A stretch of 32,000 bases of DNA. It comes from Blochmannia endosymbiont of Camponotus nipponensis. Lineage in GTDB: Bacteria; Pseudomonadota; Gammaproteobacteria; Enterobacterales; Enterobacteriaceae. Of this stretch, positions 31,505 through 32,000 are shown one piece after another. The notes below the pieces were generated by a model, which was not told the DNA's origin, ran no database searches, and saw only the letters and a list, made by a program, of their open reading frames with translations. Position 1 is the stretch's first letter. Each line of letters opens with the position of its first letter. A program made the translations under genes and the position numbers. The stretch spans positions 1 to 32,000 of the forward strand of contig NZ_CP046534.1 of assembly GCF_009827135.1 (NCBI RefSeq), written 5' to 3'.

Positions 31505-32000
31505 ATGATTTGGATATACCCAGAACAATTATCTATAGAATTAAAAAAAGAACTAAAATCCTTTTATTTGTTGCTAGGAAATGATTCTTTTCTTTTAGAA
31601 AATAGTTATGTGAATATTGTTAATATAGCTAAAATACTAAATTTTAATGAATCTGTGAATATAACCTTAGATATGTATTCTGATTGGCAACATATACATA
31701 ATTTATTTAAAACATCAAATTTATTTGAAAAACGAAAAATATTATTATTAAAATTTTCTCAAGATTATCCTGTTATTTGTTTTAACAAAAACGTATCTTC
31801 ATTATCCTCATTGCTTCATGAAGATTTAATATTAATTTTGCACATTTATGAATCAAATAAAATTAATAAAAATAATATTCTATTAGAACATTTTAACAAA
31901 ATAGGAACATTTGTTGATTGTAACACGCTTACACACGCATGTCTAATAACATGGATAGAAAATCAAGCCAAACATATGAAACTTGTCATAGAAAATTTAG
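31505..32000 (+). CDS. holA: DNA polymerase III delta subunit, N-terminal part (runs off the right edge)
   Basis: Hand translation from ATG 31505 gives MIWIYPEQLSIELKKELKSFYLLLGNDSFLLENS..., matching E. coli HolA MIRLYPEQLRAQLNEGLRAAYLLLGNDPLLLQES. It is open to the window end and is not in the ORF track because no stop is present. Confidence 0.85.
   Translation, partial: MIWIYPEQLSIELKKELKSFYLLLGNDSFLLENSYVNIVNIAKILNFNESVNITLDMYSDWQHIHNLFKTSNLFEKRKILLLKFSQDYPVICFNKNVSSLSSLLHEDLILILHIYESNKINKNNILLEHFNKIGTFVDCNTLTHACLITWIENQAKHMKLVIENL

Overview
This window is very A+T-rich (roughly three-quarters A+T by eye) and gene-dense. It looks like a reduced-genome gammaproteobacterial (Enterobacterales-derived) insect endosymbiont. 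It is Blochmannia-like in gene content, but the species cannot be determined from sequence alone. Every credible coding region is a housekeeping ortholog. Gene order is collinear, in inverted orientation, with the E. coli K-12 leuS-to-tolA region as I recall it: tolA(partial)-tolR-tolQ | sucDCBA-sdhBADC | long non-coding spacer where gltA should be | pgm | ybfF-fldA | glnS | nagB-nagA | tRNA-Met/Leu/Gln | ubiF | ybeZ-ybeY-corC-lnt | leuS-lptE-holA(partial). Partial ORFs at both window edges (tolA, holA) are missing from the ORF track and were found by hand translation. I see no CRISPR array, transposase, integrase, phage, toxin-antitoxin or defence genes, and no multi-gene cluster of unknown function. 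I therefore cannot support a novel biological system here. The points worth a second look are mostly reductive-evolution signatures. (1) A 1.75-kb ORF-free spacer sits at the ancestral gltA site next to an intact sdh-suc cluster. (2) Conserved editing-site motifs in the LeuRS CP1 domain are degenerate. (3) A statistically unexpected perfect palindrome lies in the glnS/nagB divergent spacer. (4) nagBA is retained without its transporter or regulator. (5) The tRNA genes lack encoded CCA, and two have G1:U72. (6) Short deletion scars replace seqA, fur, miaB, cydAB-ybgC and nagE/nagC. (7) Several in-frame A9 tracts occur in essential genes. All homology statements rest on by-eye comparison with E. 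coli protein, tRNA and gene-order information recalled from memory, not on a database search.
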